Below, piece by piece: positions 1-13,900 of a stretch of 64,000 bases of DNA; the first letter of the stretch is position 1, and each line of letters opens with the position of its first letter. The stretch lies in the NCBI RefSeq assembly GCF_006345805.1, contig NC_043003.1, positions 84,754,001 through 84,818,000 on the forward strand. The letters run 5' to 3'. The notes under the pieces were generated by a model. That model was not told the DNA's origin and made no database searches. It worked only from the letters and a program-made list of their open reading frames with translations. Source of the DNA: Octopus sinensis (Eukaryota). Made by a program: the position numbers and the translations under genes.

Positions 1-838
1 AACCTGATGAACACGGAATTAAACTCTTGTTTACGTAGATATAAATATTCTGTTCAAAACATGTGAACACAGACCAAACCTAGTGAACACGGAATAAACT
101 TTGGTTTACGTAGATGTAAGTATGTATAATAAAAAATTGATAGCAGGTTTTGAATTAGGTTCCAATTTGAAGCTCAGCCATTTATTCAAAACGACTATTT
201 CACTTTCTCTATGTGTGAAATCAGTAAATGACTAGATTTAGAACACGCTCCTTAGGCACTAGAATGAGTTCAAATCTCAAAAGTGTTAACTTCGCTTTTG
301 CTACCACGTTGGAAATGAGTAGAGTGAAAGAACATTGATAAAACAGTACCAGTAATATAAACAAATCTATTCAATAAAGCATATTCTCTACCCAAATGTA
401 GCGAGCTGTTAGAGTTATTAGAACAACAAACAGAATGCCTTTCGGTATTCATTCATTTTCTGTGAGTTCAAATCCCGCCAAGGTCAACTTTGTCTTTCAG
501 CCTTTCGGGGGTCTATAACTAAAGTATTAATTCTAAGGAATAGTTCGAGTCTTCTCCTTCTCTTTTCCATGCCGGTTCTCTGTTTGTCTCCCAAGAGGAA
601 ATCGACTGAATTCTGCTTGGAAAAGGACAGGCTCGGTTAGTTATAAAAATACACAAGGAGGAAACAAATTAGAGGAAATCTGATTAAACGACACAATATT
701 TATTTACTTTTTTTCCCATGCAGAGACATAGCGGTGTGGTTAAAAGGCTCGCTTTGCAACTGTGTGGTTTGGGGTTAACTCCCAAAGTGCGGCCTTTTAG
801 GCCAGTATCTTTTACAATAGCCTCAGGCAGACCAATGC

Positions 839-905
<67 letters not shown>

Positions 906-920
906 CGTATATGTACCTGG

Positions 921-1543
921 AGGACATTTGTTCTAAGCCACTTTGACTATTGCTTTCAGTTATGGTCACCATCCAGTGTCAAGTTAATCACAGAACTTGA
1001 GGCGATCCAACGAAGCTACACGAAGAAAATAGCCTCTGTGCAGCATATAAGCTACTGGGAAAGACTCAAGAGATTAAGACTCTATTCCTTTGAGCGTAGG
1101 CGAGAAAGATATGCCATAATATACATCTGGAAGATCCTAGAAGGACTTGTCCCAAACTTTGGCGTCGAGAGTTACACAAATACTAGAACTGGGCGCCACT
1201 GCATAGTGCCAAAGACTCCAAATTTGCCACCAAGATGTAGGACAAGATACTGTGATAGCCTGGGCTTCAGAGGCCCATAGCTCTTCAATATCCTCCCGAA
1301 GGATCTGAGAGACCTGCATGGGGTGAATGCAGATGTCTTTAAAATAAAACTGGATCTCTTCCTGTCAGGTGTCCCAGATGAACCAACTTCACGGCAGGAG
1401 GTACAGATGAGGGCAGCTGCATCGAACTCTCTCATGCACCAAATGGCAATTGCTAAAAAGCATTCGTGAAGTAAAATCATGTAGCAACACCAAATGGCGG
1501 TGCCCCAGCATGACCACAGCTCGTGAGATGATACTAGATAAAA
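921..1543 (+). mobile_element. 3' fragment of a CR1-group (L2/Crack/Daphne-like) LINE, RT C-terminus + tail
   Basis: Translates as VLSHFDYCFQLWSP...LEAIQR...SYWERLKRLRLYSFERRRERYAIIYIWKILEGLVPN...GP*LFNILP...FKIKLDLFL..VPDEP...AASNSL, with one internal stop. Confidence 0.8.
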
Positions 1544-2501
1544 TTTTTTAAAAAATACGTGTGTTCATATATATGTATGCATATGTGGGCACAGGATGTC
1601 ATGAAACGTGTACAGAAAAAAAAAAGAAGTACGAGTACAGGGAATATGAACTATTTTTCGAACAACGAAAGAGACAAATGGAAATGCTCGAAATACGAGA
1701 GTAGAAAAACAGCCAATAACTGATGAAGAGTTGTTCTTTATGTTGTTTGTCTTGTTTTCCATTTGTGTCTTTCGTTGTTCGAAAAAGTAGTTCATATTCC
1801 ATGTACTTATACTTCATATTTCTTGTACACGTAATTGAATGCTACGCATCCTACTCCAAGTAAGTTATATATATGTGTGTGTGTGTGCGCGCGCGGTGTT
1901 TGTGTGTGTGTGTATGTACGTATGTATGTATGTATATATTCGACCTAAATGGATCTGATTAATATTATTTGAGATGTATAGAAATATATTTCGATAGTTG
2001 TAGATTCTATTTACTTAATTATTTTGTCTGTTATAATTTTGTTGTGATTTCTTTTTTGTTATGCAGTTGAAAAGTTAACGCATAACAAAAAAAAAATCTA
2101 ATGGTCTGGTCGGTCACGTGGACTTGAGCAACGTGAAATATAGAATCTTGCTTAAAGCCACAACGCGCTACCGAGAATCGAACGCACGACCTTACGATCG
2201 TAAGCCAAATACCCCTCACTACCAAGCCACTCGGTTGCACATAAAGACACAAGATACTGTTCTAAAATCCCACGCATGACTGCCTACGTTATTTTCTATT
2301 ACACGATTTAGATCAAATAAGTTCTCACAAACGCCTAGAATCCATCAATTAACTATAACCTCCCTAAATTAGAGAAATTGCCATGTATTTAATTACTACG
2401 TCGAAACTCTTTCTATAAGTTTTTTTTTAAATTTGTTTTTAATGGGTTAAGATTTTTGTTCTATATTTATCATTTGTTTCATTTTATGTTATCAGGCCAC
2501 C

Positions 2502-2562
2502 ATGCTGTGTTCATCCTTCATATTCTGGATAGTTCTCTCTATTCTACATACCCAAGCATTTG
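2502..2562 (+). CDS. Coding exon 1: signal peptide [20 protein letters not shown](G)
   Basis: GCCACC-ATG Kozak context, hydrophobic 20-aa stretch ending QAF, and a phase-1 donor GTGAGT at 2563 matching the phase of the next exon. Confidence 0.8.
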
Positions 2563-3751
2563 GTGAGTTAATTAGTTATTTATTTCACCTATTTCTTTCT
2601 TGTAAATGTGTGCGCGTACATGTATGTGAGTGTACGTGGTGTCGATATATAATACGTATGTATGTACACACACACACACACACACGTAAATGCTTGTTTT
2701 ATATCAGGTTAACTATTATATAAAATCCGTTCTGTCTCTGTGTGTGGCTTCTAGGATCTCGGGCATCCTCTATCCGATTGCACTCAAATTTGATATGTAG
2801 ATACTGACGGTATCGGGGCTAATATTCCAAGAAAAACGATTTTACTTACAAATGCATGTTCCCACGGCTTTATCGATCGCATTCTTACCTAGAATCTATT
2901 TATGTAATTTTTTCAAGACTGAATACGAAACCATGTAGTTGGGAAGCAATATTGACAATATTAAAAATAAGAATTACTCCGAAGTAGCAATAGCATTACC
3001 TTTAATTCTATAATCATATACCGTCTTTTAAGACAGTAACAAAGACTCTACGATTAATTGGGAATTAATTTGTACTGCAAAACAATAGATGTGACTTATG
3101 TTTAGAAGAATTTTATGGGATTTTTGCATCTAAGGGTAATTGTAATAAATTCTAGACAAGAGCAAGCATGGAGATGCTTGTACATGAGGAAATTCACATT
3201 TGCGAAGAATAAATAAATAATTATCAAGGTTTTGAAATGATGGACTGAAAATGAATATCCAATAAGAACTTGAAATAGAGATTGTTCGCGTCTGACTTAA
3301 CACAGCTCTAAATTATACAACGCAGAGATTATAAAAGAAAATCATTAACTGGAAATACCGTGGAATATCAAGTTAAGACTCTGAAGAGACAATACCGTTT
3401 TATTGTACGGTTGCAATTGCAACGAATACTTATCGGTGCAATTGAAACATGTGGTGGTCTTAAAAGGCGGTATATAATTATAGAATTAAAGGTAATGTTA
3501 TTTCTATTTCGGAGTAAACTTTCTTTTTTATATTGTCAATATTTAAATTCCAGGAAACCTATATGGAAATATATTCAGAATTATCCAACGGAATATTTCT
3601 CTAATTTCTTAATTTATGAGACTTTTATTGGATTTATATGTTAACTGTTGAATAACGTATTTTGAAATCCTATTTGAGAGCAAACTGGCAATCGTTTTTG
3701 GGTAATCACTTTTACTAATGTGTATGTGTGTGTGTGTGTGTGTGTAGCTAG

Positions 3752-3831
<80 letters not shown>

Positions 3832-4292
3832 ATATGGAGAAAGAGAGAGCGATAAACATACATTCAGCATGCTTGTTGTGTGCATATACTCAGTAACTAA
3901 ACCAAAGGGTACTCCTCTGCAGGATGAACTAGTAGACACCTCTGAAACAACAGTGTTGCCCACTGGAGACTAGACAAGTTGTTTTCAGGTTGGTCCTATG
4001 GTTAGCGCTCTATGATTTCACAACAGCATGTGTATTATATACATACTGACACTGAATGTATGCTTATTAAACGGATTTTTGTGAACTTAGTCACATGTAT
4101 ATATAAATACATATATTCGTACTTATAAATATGCATGTGTTTATGTGTGCGTGTGTGTATATGAATATATATATATATATATATATATGTATACATGTAT
4201 ATATAGGCATGCTGTATTCATAAATACATACAATTGTGTGCGTGCGCGTGTGTATGTATGTTTCCTTATGTGTATGTGGGGGTTGAATAAAT

Positions 4293-4335
<43 letters not shown>

Positions 4336-4362
4336 TACACACAAACACACACATAGACAAAC

Positions 4363-4403
<41 letters not shown>

Positions 4404-5816
4404 TATATGTATATATATATATGTAGATATATATACCCAGGCGTGGCTGCATGGTAAGAAGATTGCTTCATAACAGCATGGTTCCGGGTTCAGTCCCAAG
4501 TGTCTTCACCAAAGCCTTGTGAGTGGATTTGATAGACGGAAACTGAAAGAAGCCCGTCGTATATATGTATATATTTATATTTATGTGTGTGCGTGTGTGT
4601 GTTTGTGTGTCTGTTTGAACCCCCTCAACATCGCTTGACAACTGATGCTGGTGTGTTTACGTTTCCGTAACTTAGCGGTTCGGCAATAGACACCGATAGA
4701 ATAAGTACTAGGCTTACAAAGAATAAGTCCTGGCGTCGATTTGCTCGACTAAAGGCGGTGATCCAGCATGGCCGCAGTTAAATGACTGAAACGAGTAAAA
4801 GATGTAAAATATTTATCCATACTTACGTATGTATGTATGTATGTATGTATGTATGTATGTATGTATGTATGCATGCATGCATGTATATACGTATTCAAGC
4901 AAACAATTCTCCATACTTGAGTTCACACATGAGTCAGATGGAAATCATTGAGGCAGATTTTCTATAGTCTGATATCTGTGCCCCCGTTAACACTCTCCGA
5001 TGTTTACATATCTTAATAATTCTTCATGGAATCTTTGGAAGCGAAGCACATATCGCTTTGATAACTGTAAAGTTCGCAGAACATATATGCGATGGTGTTC
5101 AAATGATAAAAATTTTGCTGTCCCGTTGCCAAAGTTGGCATGCTATAGGACTGGACCCGAAACTATGTAATTCGGAAGAAAATCTTTGAACCACACAGGC
5201 TTGACTGCACCTCCACTCACAATACCCCAACTATGCTATATATAAAGTTAATCCAAACATGTAAACACAAGGAGAAAACACAACAACGCGAGGACTTGGA
5301 ACAAGTATAGTGTTATTAGACGCTCAGGAAAGGAAAGAAAGAAGGAGGATTTAACGTTTCGAGCGGAGCTCTTCGTCAGAAACATAGAAAAAGGAAATAT
5401 CCAAGGAAGGGAAGACGGAGGAAAAAAATCGCCAACGATACACACGCGGTTACATATTGATTGGTTGTGGGGGTATCCTCGATGCCTGAACAGGCGGGCC
5501 AAGTACTGTGACTGGGTCTCGAAATCCTGGTCACGGCTGCACAAGCGTCAAAGGCGGAGGAACTGGAATAGAGGATGGCCCGTTTGGTGTGGAAGGGATG
5601 GGAGGAGGAGAAGTTGAGGTAGAGGTGGGAATCTGTGGGTTTGAAGAAGGCGGAGGTGGTGAGAGAGTGGGAGGGGTGGACAGAGAGATGTCGAGGAAGT
5701 TAACAGAGGTGTCAGAGATAGTAGAAGTGAAATTGAGAGAAGGATAGAAGTTGGAGAGGAATGAGATGAAGTGGCTGAGTTGTTCACACAACACACATAC
5801 ACACAAATATATACAT

Positions 5817-5855
<39 letters not shown>

Positions 5856-6788
5856 CACATGCATACACACCCAAGTTTGTGTATGTATATATGTATCGGC
5901 AGCGTTTTTTCATGTAGTGTTATGTTATGTATGTATGTGTGAGTGATTCTCTGTGTGTGTGTACGTGTGTAAGTGTAAGTGAGTGAGTCTGTACGTGTGA
6001 GTGATTTTCTGTGTTCGCGTGCCTGCATGCGTGTATGTGTGCTTGCATGCGTGTGTATGTTGTTTATAATTCATTTCCTGTATTATTAGAATCTATTTGT
6101 ATGAATCAGTCGAATATCTAAACCTCTGAAACAGGGTTGACTAAACATTATTACATTGGGCAAACTGGAACATAGTTTTTATAATAATTACTGCCATATG
6201 TTTTAAGTGAAATGTTGCTACTTTTAATAAGTAGAGTGGAAAATGTGAAATAGTTAGAAATAAATGTATATTAGTAGAACAGCGTGAGTGTATGTTCCTG
6301 CAGTTGACATGCTCTTATCTCCTTTTTCATTTTTAATCCGTCTGTTGTTTATATAGTTTAACTCCTTACCAACCAAGTCCTAGTTAGCAGCAATATTTTG
6401 GCTTTGCTGACGAATGAATTCCTCAGAGATGTAACTCCACTTTTCCCCTATATAAATACAATAAAATTATATTTAACGTTTATTTGCTTGTCTGTTAACA
6501 ATGCATAACATTTACATGTGTGTACACACACACACACACACACCATGCGCGTGCGCACACGCACATCTTTTACATGTTTCAGTTATTAGACTGCGGCCAT
6601 GCTAAGAAACCGCCTTGAAGAATTAGTCGAAAGAATCGACCCCAGTACATTTTTAAAGCCTAATACTTAGTCTATCGATATCTTTGGCCGACCCACTAGA
6701 TTACTGAGACGTAAACACATCAAGTCATGCTACCAAGCCGTGGTGAGGAAAGAAACACTGATAAAACACCCACCCACATATATATCTG

Positions 6789-6830
<42 letters not shown>

Positions 6831-7234
6831 ATAATTATTATTTGAGGGAATATTAATCCTAACTTAAAGGGAAAAAATTCAATTTAGAAATACTAAATCA
6901 AATTTCACACAATATAATATATATATAAAAATTAGAAAAAACCACTTTTATCAATTCAAAATGAACAATTAAATTACACCATCTAGAAAATTACATATAA
7001 TAGAAATATTAAAATTAAAATAACAATAGAATACCAATGATTAAGTAAATTGCAAAAAAAATGATAAAAACGTATATAATTGGTAGAACAACGACACGTG
7101 TTTCGTGGCTATATTTAAGAACTGATTATAGCAAAAAAATTAATAGTAGTAGTAAAATCACTTCGATATAAATATAGCCACTCATCAGGTTAAAAATAAA
7201 CTAGAATAATAAAATAATTAATTAATAAATATAC

Positions 7235-7288
<54 letters not shown>

Positions 7289-10200
7289 CGCGCTAAAACT
7301 AAAACAATACTTAAATTGTTCAATACTTTAAAATTAATTAATATACACAATGCTAGTAGTACAAGTCATTAAATCGTAATCAAAATGATAAATGGTTCAA
7401 ATATAGACAAACTCATTAAATAAGCTAACTATATAATTAATATACATGCGTAGTATCTATATATATAATATATCAATCTATAATAAAGTTGACTAAATAT
7501 CAATTAATATAATACCTAATTATCTTAAAATTTAATACTACATAATCATTTCTTAAATATAGCCACGAAACATCTGTCGTTATTCTACCAATTATATACG
7601 TTTTTATCATAGTTTTGCAATTTACTTAATCACTGGTATTTTATTGTTATTTTAATTTTAATATTTCTATTATATATATATTATACGGAAAAATGCGAGC
7701 ATGAAAAGTAATATTCTTAAGATTATATACCTGGAAAAGTGCAGGACAAGTTATTACACCTGAAAAAGTATAGGACATGCTATAACTTCTAGTAAAGTAA
7801 AGAATAAGAAACTTTTTACTTAAAATATTGCAGCAATGAATGTCAGTTCTTCTAATTTATCTCTATTTACAGTTCTCATCTTTTAAATTTATTGTCTAAA
7901 ACTGTTCAGCTAATTTGTAAATTTGTCTAATTAGTCACTTTTTTCAGTATTTAAGGTAGTAGATTAGCCAAATTCTATTTAAATAAGTATAGTGTTATTT
8001 GTAAACTATAATAAAATAAGTTTTAATATTAAAATTCTAATTTTAGCTGCAAAATGTTAGATAAAACGTTTCTTATTCTTTACTTTACTAGAAGTAATAG
8101 CTTGTCCTATACTTTTCCAGGTTTATAATCTTAAGAATATTACTTTTCATGCTCGCATTTTTCCATGTAATCCATGATTTTTCCAGGCATTGCTATTATA
8201 AGATAATAATGTGTCAATAGATAATTTAAGATTTTAATTTATGAAATACTGAAAGATAATATTTCAATTTTTCCATGTTAGTGATGATAATATTTCAATT
8301 TTTTTTCATGTTAAATTTAAATATATGTTGTGATTGAATTATTTTATATTACCCATCCACACCAAATTAATGACAGGGAATCTTGTTGCTTGCACCATGG
8401 CTCACCAAAAGTTACAAACAACAAGACCCCAAAACCATCTGTTACCAGGCTTAAGTAACCTAGATTTTGAGTTGGTGATAAATTGCACTGGCTGCTGGTA
8501 ATCTAGATGTATCAATAATTATTCAATACAACAGTAATTATAAAAGCATATCAGATATGCACAAGTTAAAATTACCTACATCCCATTAATATAAATTTGA
8601 TTTATGAAAAATTCCTTTTAATTAATTAAAAAATTTAAAAAGTAAATTTAGAATATAAGCACTTTTAACCAGTGCCTTTTCTGGACAGCCTTATTACATG
8701 CCGTAAGGTCTGCCCATAGAGACACAACCAAAAATGACTATATTCCTGCCCCAATAAATTTAGATGCACATATCTGAAGCATATAACATTTTAATGAACT
8801 AGCCTGATTAAATAATTAACTAAAAGGAAAACAACTAAGAAGGAGAAGCAAAAAAGCAGAAAGCAAGTTAAAGCTGAAAGAGAAAATTAATAATAAAGTT
8901 AAACTTACCCTAATTCAACAGCATATTAAAAATAACTTTATTAAATACTTAATTAAAAAAATATAATATGCAAAAGGTTAAGTCGACCTCGGTGGAATTT
9001 CAACTCAGAACAAAAAGACAGACGAAATACCGTGAGGAATTTCGCACGGTGCGCTAACAGAAACGTTCATTTTTTAATTATATTCTCATCTTAACATTAT
9101 TGGGGCATTACTTCTTGCTTCCTCACAATAAATTTCATAACATTTCACCTCATAACTTTTATCTACTAATTTTTGTTCAATGCGACTAACGATTCTGAAT
9201 TCCTCATGCATTTTCCTATCATTTAAGCCTTAGAAAAGTATACTTTTATTTTAAAATTAAAAAAATTATATTAATTGAAGATGAATAGGTGCCTTACTGC
9301 CCACCTTTAGACGTGCCATATTTTGATGTAACTTTTTTTCTACTGAACCAAAATCTCAAGCTTCTTTTAGTTCCCCTCTACCAAATCCACTCATAAGATT
9401 TTGGTCAGACCGATGTTATAGTGGAAGACACTTGTCCAAGGTTGATTTCTTTTTCTGATAATACAGACTTATCCAGACTAACAGTTAGGCATTTACTTAC
9501 AAAACCAAGTGTTCCAATTATTATTGGTATAAATGTAAATTCGTCATCCAGATATAGAAGCTGGAGCTTTCGAGTCAGTTGTCCATAGTTATCTTCTTTC
9601 TCTTTGACATTCAGGCGCAGGAGTGGCTGTGTGGTAAGTAGCTTGCTAACCAACCACATGGTTCCGGGTTCAGTCCCACTGCGTGGCATCTTGGGCAAGT
9701 GTCTTCTGCTATAGCCCCGGGCCGACCAATGCCTTGTGAGTGGATTTGGTAGACAGAAACTGAAAGAAGCCTGTCGTATATATGTATATATATATATGTG
9801 TGTGTATGTGTGTGTGTGTTTCCTCGTCACTTAGCGGTTCGGCAAAAGAGACCGATAGAATAAGTACTGGGCTTACAAAGAATAAGTCCCGGAGTCGATT
9901 TACTCGACTAAAGGCGGTGCTCCAGCATGGCCGCAGTCAAATGACTGAAACAAGTAAAAGAGTAAAAGAGTAAAAGAGATATTCACATCAGTAAGACACC
10001 TTACCTCTATGACGGTACATACTTTTTCTTGTCTGTCCCAAACAATATCCGACCTGTTATGCTTACACTTGACAGATGTTTTGATGGAAATATTCTTCCT
10101 TGTGCAGATGTTTGTGTACGTAACCAATAACAAGGGGATTCTCTATATTTATTCCAGAACAATCTTTTTTCCGAAAGGCATTATATATTGTTTTTGCGAC

Positions 10201-10846
10201 AATGTCACGTCGCATAGGGAGGTAGTACCTTGATGACAGTTTTAAGCAGCTGCTAATCACATGTGTGATGTCTTCCACAGAAATATGACAATCTACATTT
10301 ACGGTTACATCTTGGAACTCAGAGAGCTTCGCTGTCGCTTATGTATGTATGTATGTGTGTGTGTATGTGTGTGTATGCATGTATTCATGTATGTGTAACT
10401 ATGCAAGGGTTCTGTAAATTTGCGCGTCATTTTAACGTCCTTCTATTTGCATAAATTTTTTTTTAGTTATTCAAACTTCATCCCGAAATCTAATTTCATT
10501 TAGATTTCTCTCACAGTCGAAATTGTCTATAGGGAAACTAGTAACATTCTCTCTACTGAGTTAACTAGCATAATATAGCATAGAAAGCGTTAAGTCATGG
10601 TTGTTTTTATTTTCAGGAGAAGAAGACTGTGAATGGACTAACAGCACCACTTCGGGGTACAAATATATTCAATTTCCAGCCCAACCGAATACAAATTATA
10701 AAAAGTAAGTGATTACATTGCTCTGGCATTAATTAAAAAATTAGCATCACTCAAATAATGGTAAACTCTTTCTTTCGCACAAATCTGTGATTTTGGGCCA
10801 ATCTTTAAAAATTGATGTTGTTGTTGATGTTGTTGTTTTCGTTGTT

Positions 10847-10906
<60 letters not shown>

Positions 10907-13900
10907 ATTATTATTATTGAGTGAGAGAGGAACGCATGCCATCAGTGTCACTTGGGTACAAATATATGGAGCCAAAGATATTCATCACGACTACCCATCT
11001 GTTAAAAGTATACCAGGTACATGCATCACAACCATATGTACGTGATTTAGTGAGCTCATATCAAGATAAACAGTGCATGATCTTGCAGGTGGGGGCCCAG
11101 TCACTCCGGTCGAGTAGCCTATCCCGCGCTAAAAGATTCCTGAATAAGGTTTGTTTATTGATGAACGAAACACTAATGTTTCCAGAAGTGAATTATTCAA
11201 AGCCCCAAATAATTCCTCTCGACACGTGACTATGATACCTCCCCCACCCACTATTTCTGCTCGTGATCAGAAATGCACATATCGTCAGCTACTAATGGAC
11301 ATGTTTAACTAGCCAAGCAACTGACAAGCAAATCTGTGATACTGGGCAGAATATTTGCTGTAGCCATCATTTATATAACGACAAAATTTGTTTATGATAA
11401 CAGTTCTAATCAATTAAGTTGTTGTTGTTGTTGTTTTAGGGATAATTTACGGTATTTGTTACAGACCTTTACATTCCTTTTTGAAATCCCACCGAGGCCA
11501 ATTTTGCTTTTCAAGGACTGAGTTAGTGAAATTTGGTTAAAAAAAAAAAAAAAAAAAACTTGCGCAGGAGTGGCTGTGTGGTAAGTAGCTTGCTAACCAA
11601 CCACATGGTTCCGGGTTCAGTCCCACTGCGTGGCATCTTGGGCAAGTGTCTTCTGCTATAGCCCCGGGCCGACCAAAGCCTTGTGAGTGGATTTGGTAGA
11701 CGGAAACTGAAAGAAGCCTGTCGTATATATATATATATATGTGTGTGTATTTGTGTTTGTCTCCCTAGCATTGCTTGACAACCGATGCTGGTGTGTTTAC
11801 GTCCCCGTTACTTAGCGGTTCGGCAAAAAGAGACCGATAGAATAAGTACTGGGCTTACAAAGAATAAGTCCCGGGGTCGACTTGCTCGAGTAAAGGCGGT
11901 GCTCCGGCATGGCCGCAGTCAAATGACTGAAACAAGTAAAAGAGTAAAAGAGTAACCGTGTATTTTTAACTAACTCCAAGTAGCATGATATAAACTATGA
12001 GTAGATAAAAATATTAGCTCGAAGACAAATATTAATTTAACTAAGCCAGTATACATTATGTCAATCATTGTTTTGTTATCTCCAAAACTACACGCAATTG
12101 GCTTCCTGCCCTCATTTATATCAGTTTCCGTTTGTACAAAATGACCTTAGTAAATATAACATTACGGTATCTGCTTTACTAATGTATTTTGAATAGCATC
12201 ATTGTCTGTCTTGTTTTGCTAACCACTGTTTACTTTAATCCCAATTATTTACATGAATGCTGAAGCACCTACTGTTTCAGATTGGGGCATTCAGGTGTAA
12301 ATGTTCAAAATTTCAGCTTAACATATACCCTTCCTACCTTTTCTTCTATTTTGAAAAAGGAATTTTATCTAATTCGTTGATCACTGTATTTTAGTCTGTT
12401 TCATTAATCCTTGTTATTTTATTTAGTTTTAGTATTTCCTTATTTGAAATTAGACTTAGCACACATTGCTTGTACAACTTCAAATTGTATGTCTTTACTG
12501 AACTCATTCATCAGCTATTGATAAATCCTGTTTAATTTTCATTGATCATCATTTTTGTTTCTCCTTTTTTCATTGTCATTCTGTGTTCTATGTAAATTTT
12601 CAATCGCTTTTGCAGTTTACCTTATCCATTATCGCCGCTGCAAATACAAATATAGAACCGAATGAAATACCCGCACCGGATAAAATAATATATAATATTT
12701 GCTCCGATTCTTTACATTCTGAGTTCCAATCCCGCCAGAGTCATTTTTCTTTTTGTCCTTTCGGGTTCACTGACATAAAGTATTAGCCAAGTACTAGGCC
12801 ATTGGTATCAACAAACCCTTTCTGCTCAAAATTACTAATCTTATAATAATTATCATTGTTGGTTTGACAGAGTTGCTAGAGCATCGGAAAAAAATAAGTT
12901 CAAATGGCGCCGAGGTCAATTTGCCTTTTATTATTTCAGGTTTGATGAAATAAAATACCTCCAATGTACTGAGATCTATGATACCGACCAGCCTCCCCCA
13001 GAAAAAATTGCTGCTCTTGTGCCTAAATCAGAACCACTCATTATTAACAGAAGTGAGCTGACAGAATCGCTAAGGCGTCGGGCAAAACGTTTTCTGGCAT
13101 TTGTCCCGACTCATTAGGTTCTGAGTTCAAATCTTGCCGAGTTCAGTTGTGCATTTTATCTTTTCAGGGTCGATAAATCTACTAACACCGCCCTTCAAGA
13201 TTGCTGGTTTTGTTCCTATAGTAGGAATTATTATTATTATTATTATTATGCTAGTGCATGCTAATTTAGTTACCAGGTATGTTATCTTGTGGTTTGGTGA
13301 CACCAAATCTCACGAGTCTTCTTTGATATTCTTGCAGATGTTACTTTTCTGCAGGTCGACAATGTAAGTTTCAATTCCAATCTCTATAGTAATAATTGTT
13401 GTCTTGGCCTTCCACAGTTTCCTCAACTCTCTGGCTAGATCCTGATATGAATTTTTTTTTCAATTACTTTGATATCGACTCTGCTATCATAGGGAATTGC
13501 AAAATCTATGATCTTACGTTTTTGTGCATTTTGTTCGCTATGATCAAATCCGTTTTTTTTACGTCAATAACACGACCAACTTTTTTGGTGATATCCCACA
13601 AGATCTTGTAATTCTCATTTTCTATCACAGCCTCTTGTTCGTGTACATACCAATTTTCTGTTATCTTGAAGCCACGCACACAGGTAACATCCCATTACAC
13701 TCTTTTGCCTACACAGTCATGTCTGCGCTTATATTTCTTTTGTGTTAGTGTACTGCGTTTACTCAAAAGCTGATTGATATTTTCGTCTCCTTTCCTGCAG
13801 ATTCTACATTCGCTGTCTGATTAAATTTTGCCGATCTTTGCTTTTATCAGAGTTATTCTAAGGGCTTGTTTCTGAGCGGCCATAATTAGCGTTTCTGTTT

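Noticed and set aside
12000-12770. Possible decayed RTE/LINE RT on the minus strand
   Set aside because: Too many stops, and no diagnostic motif could be read with confidence.
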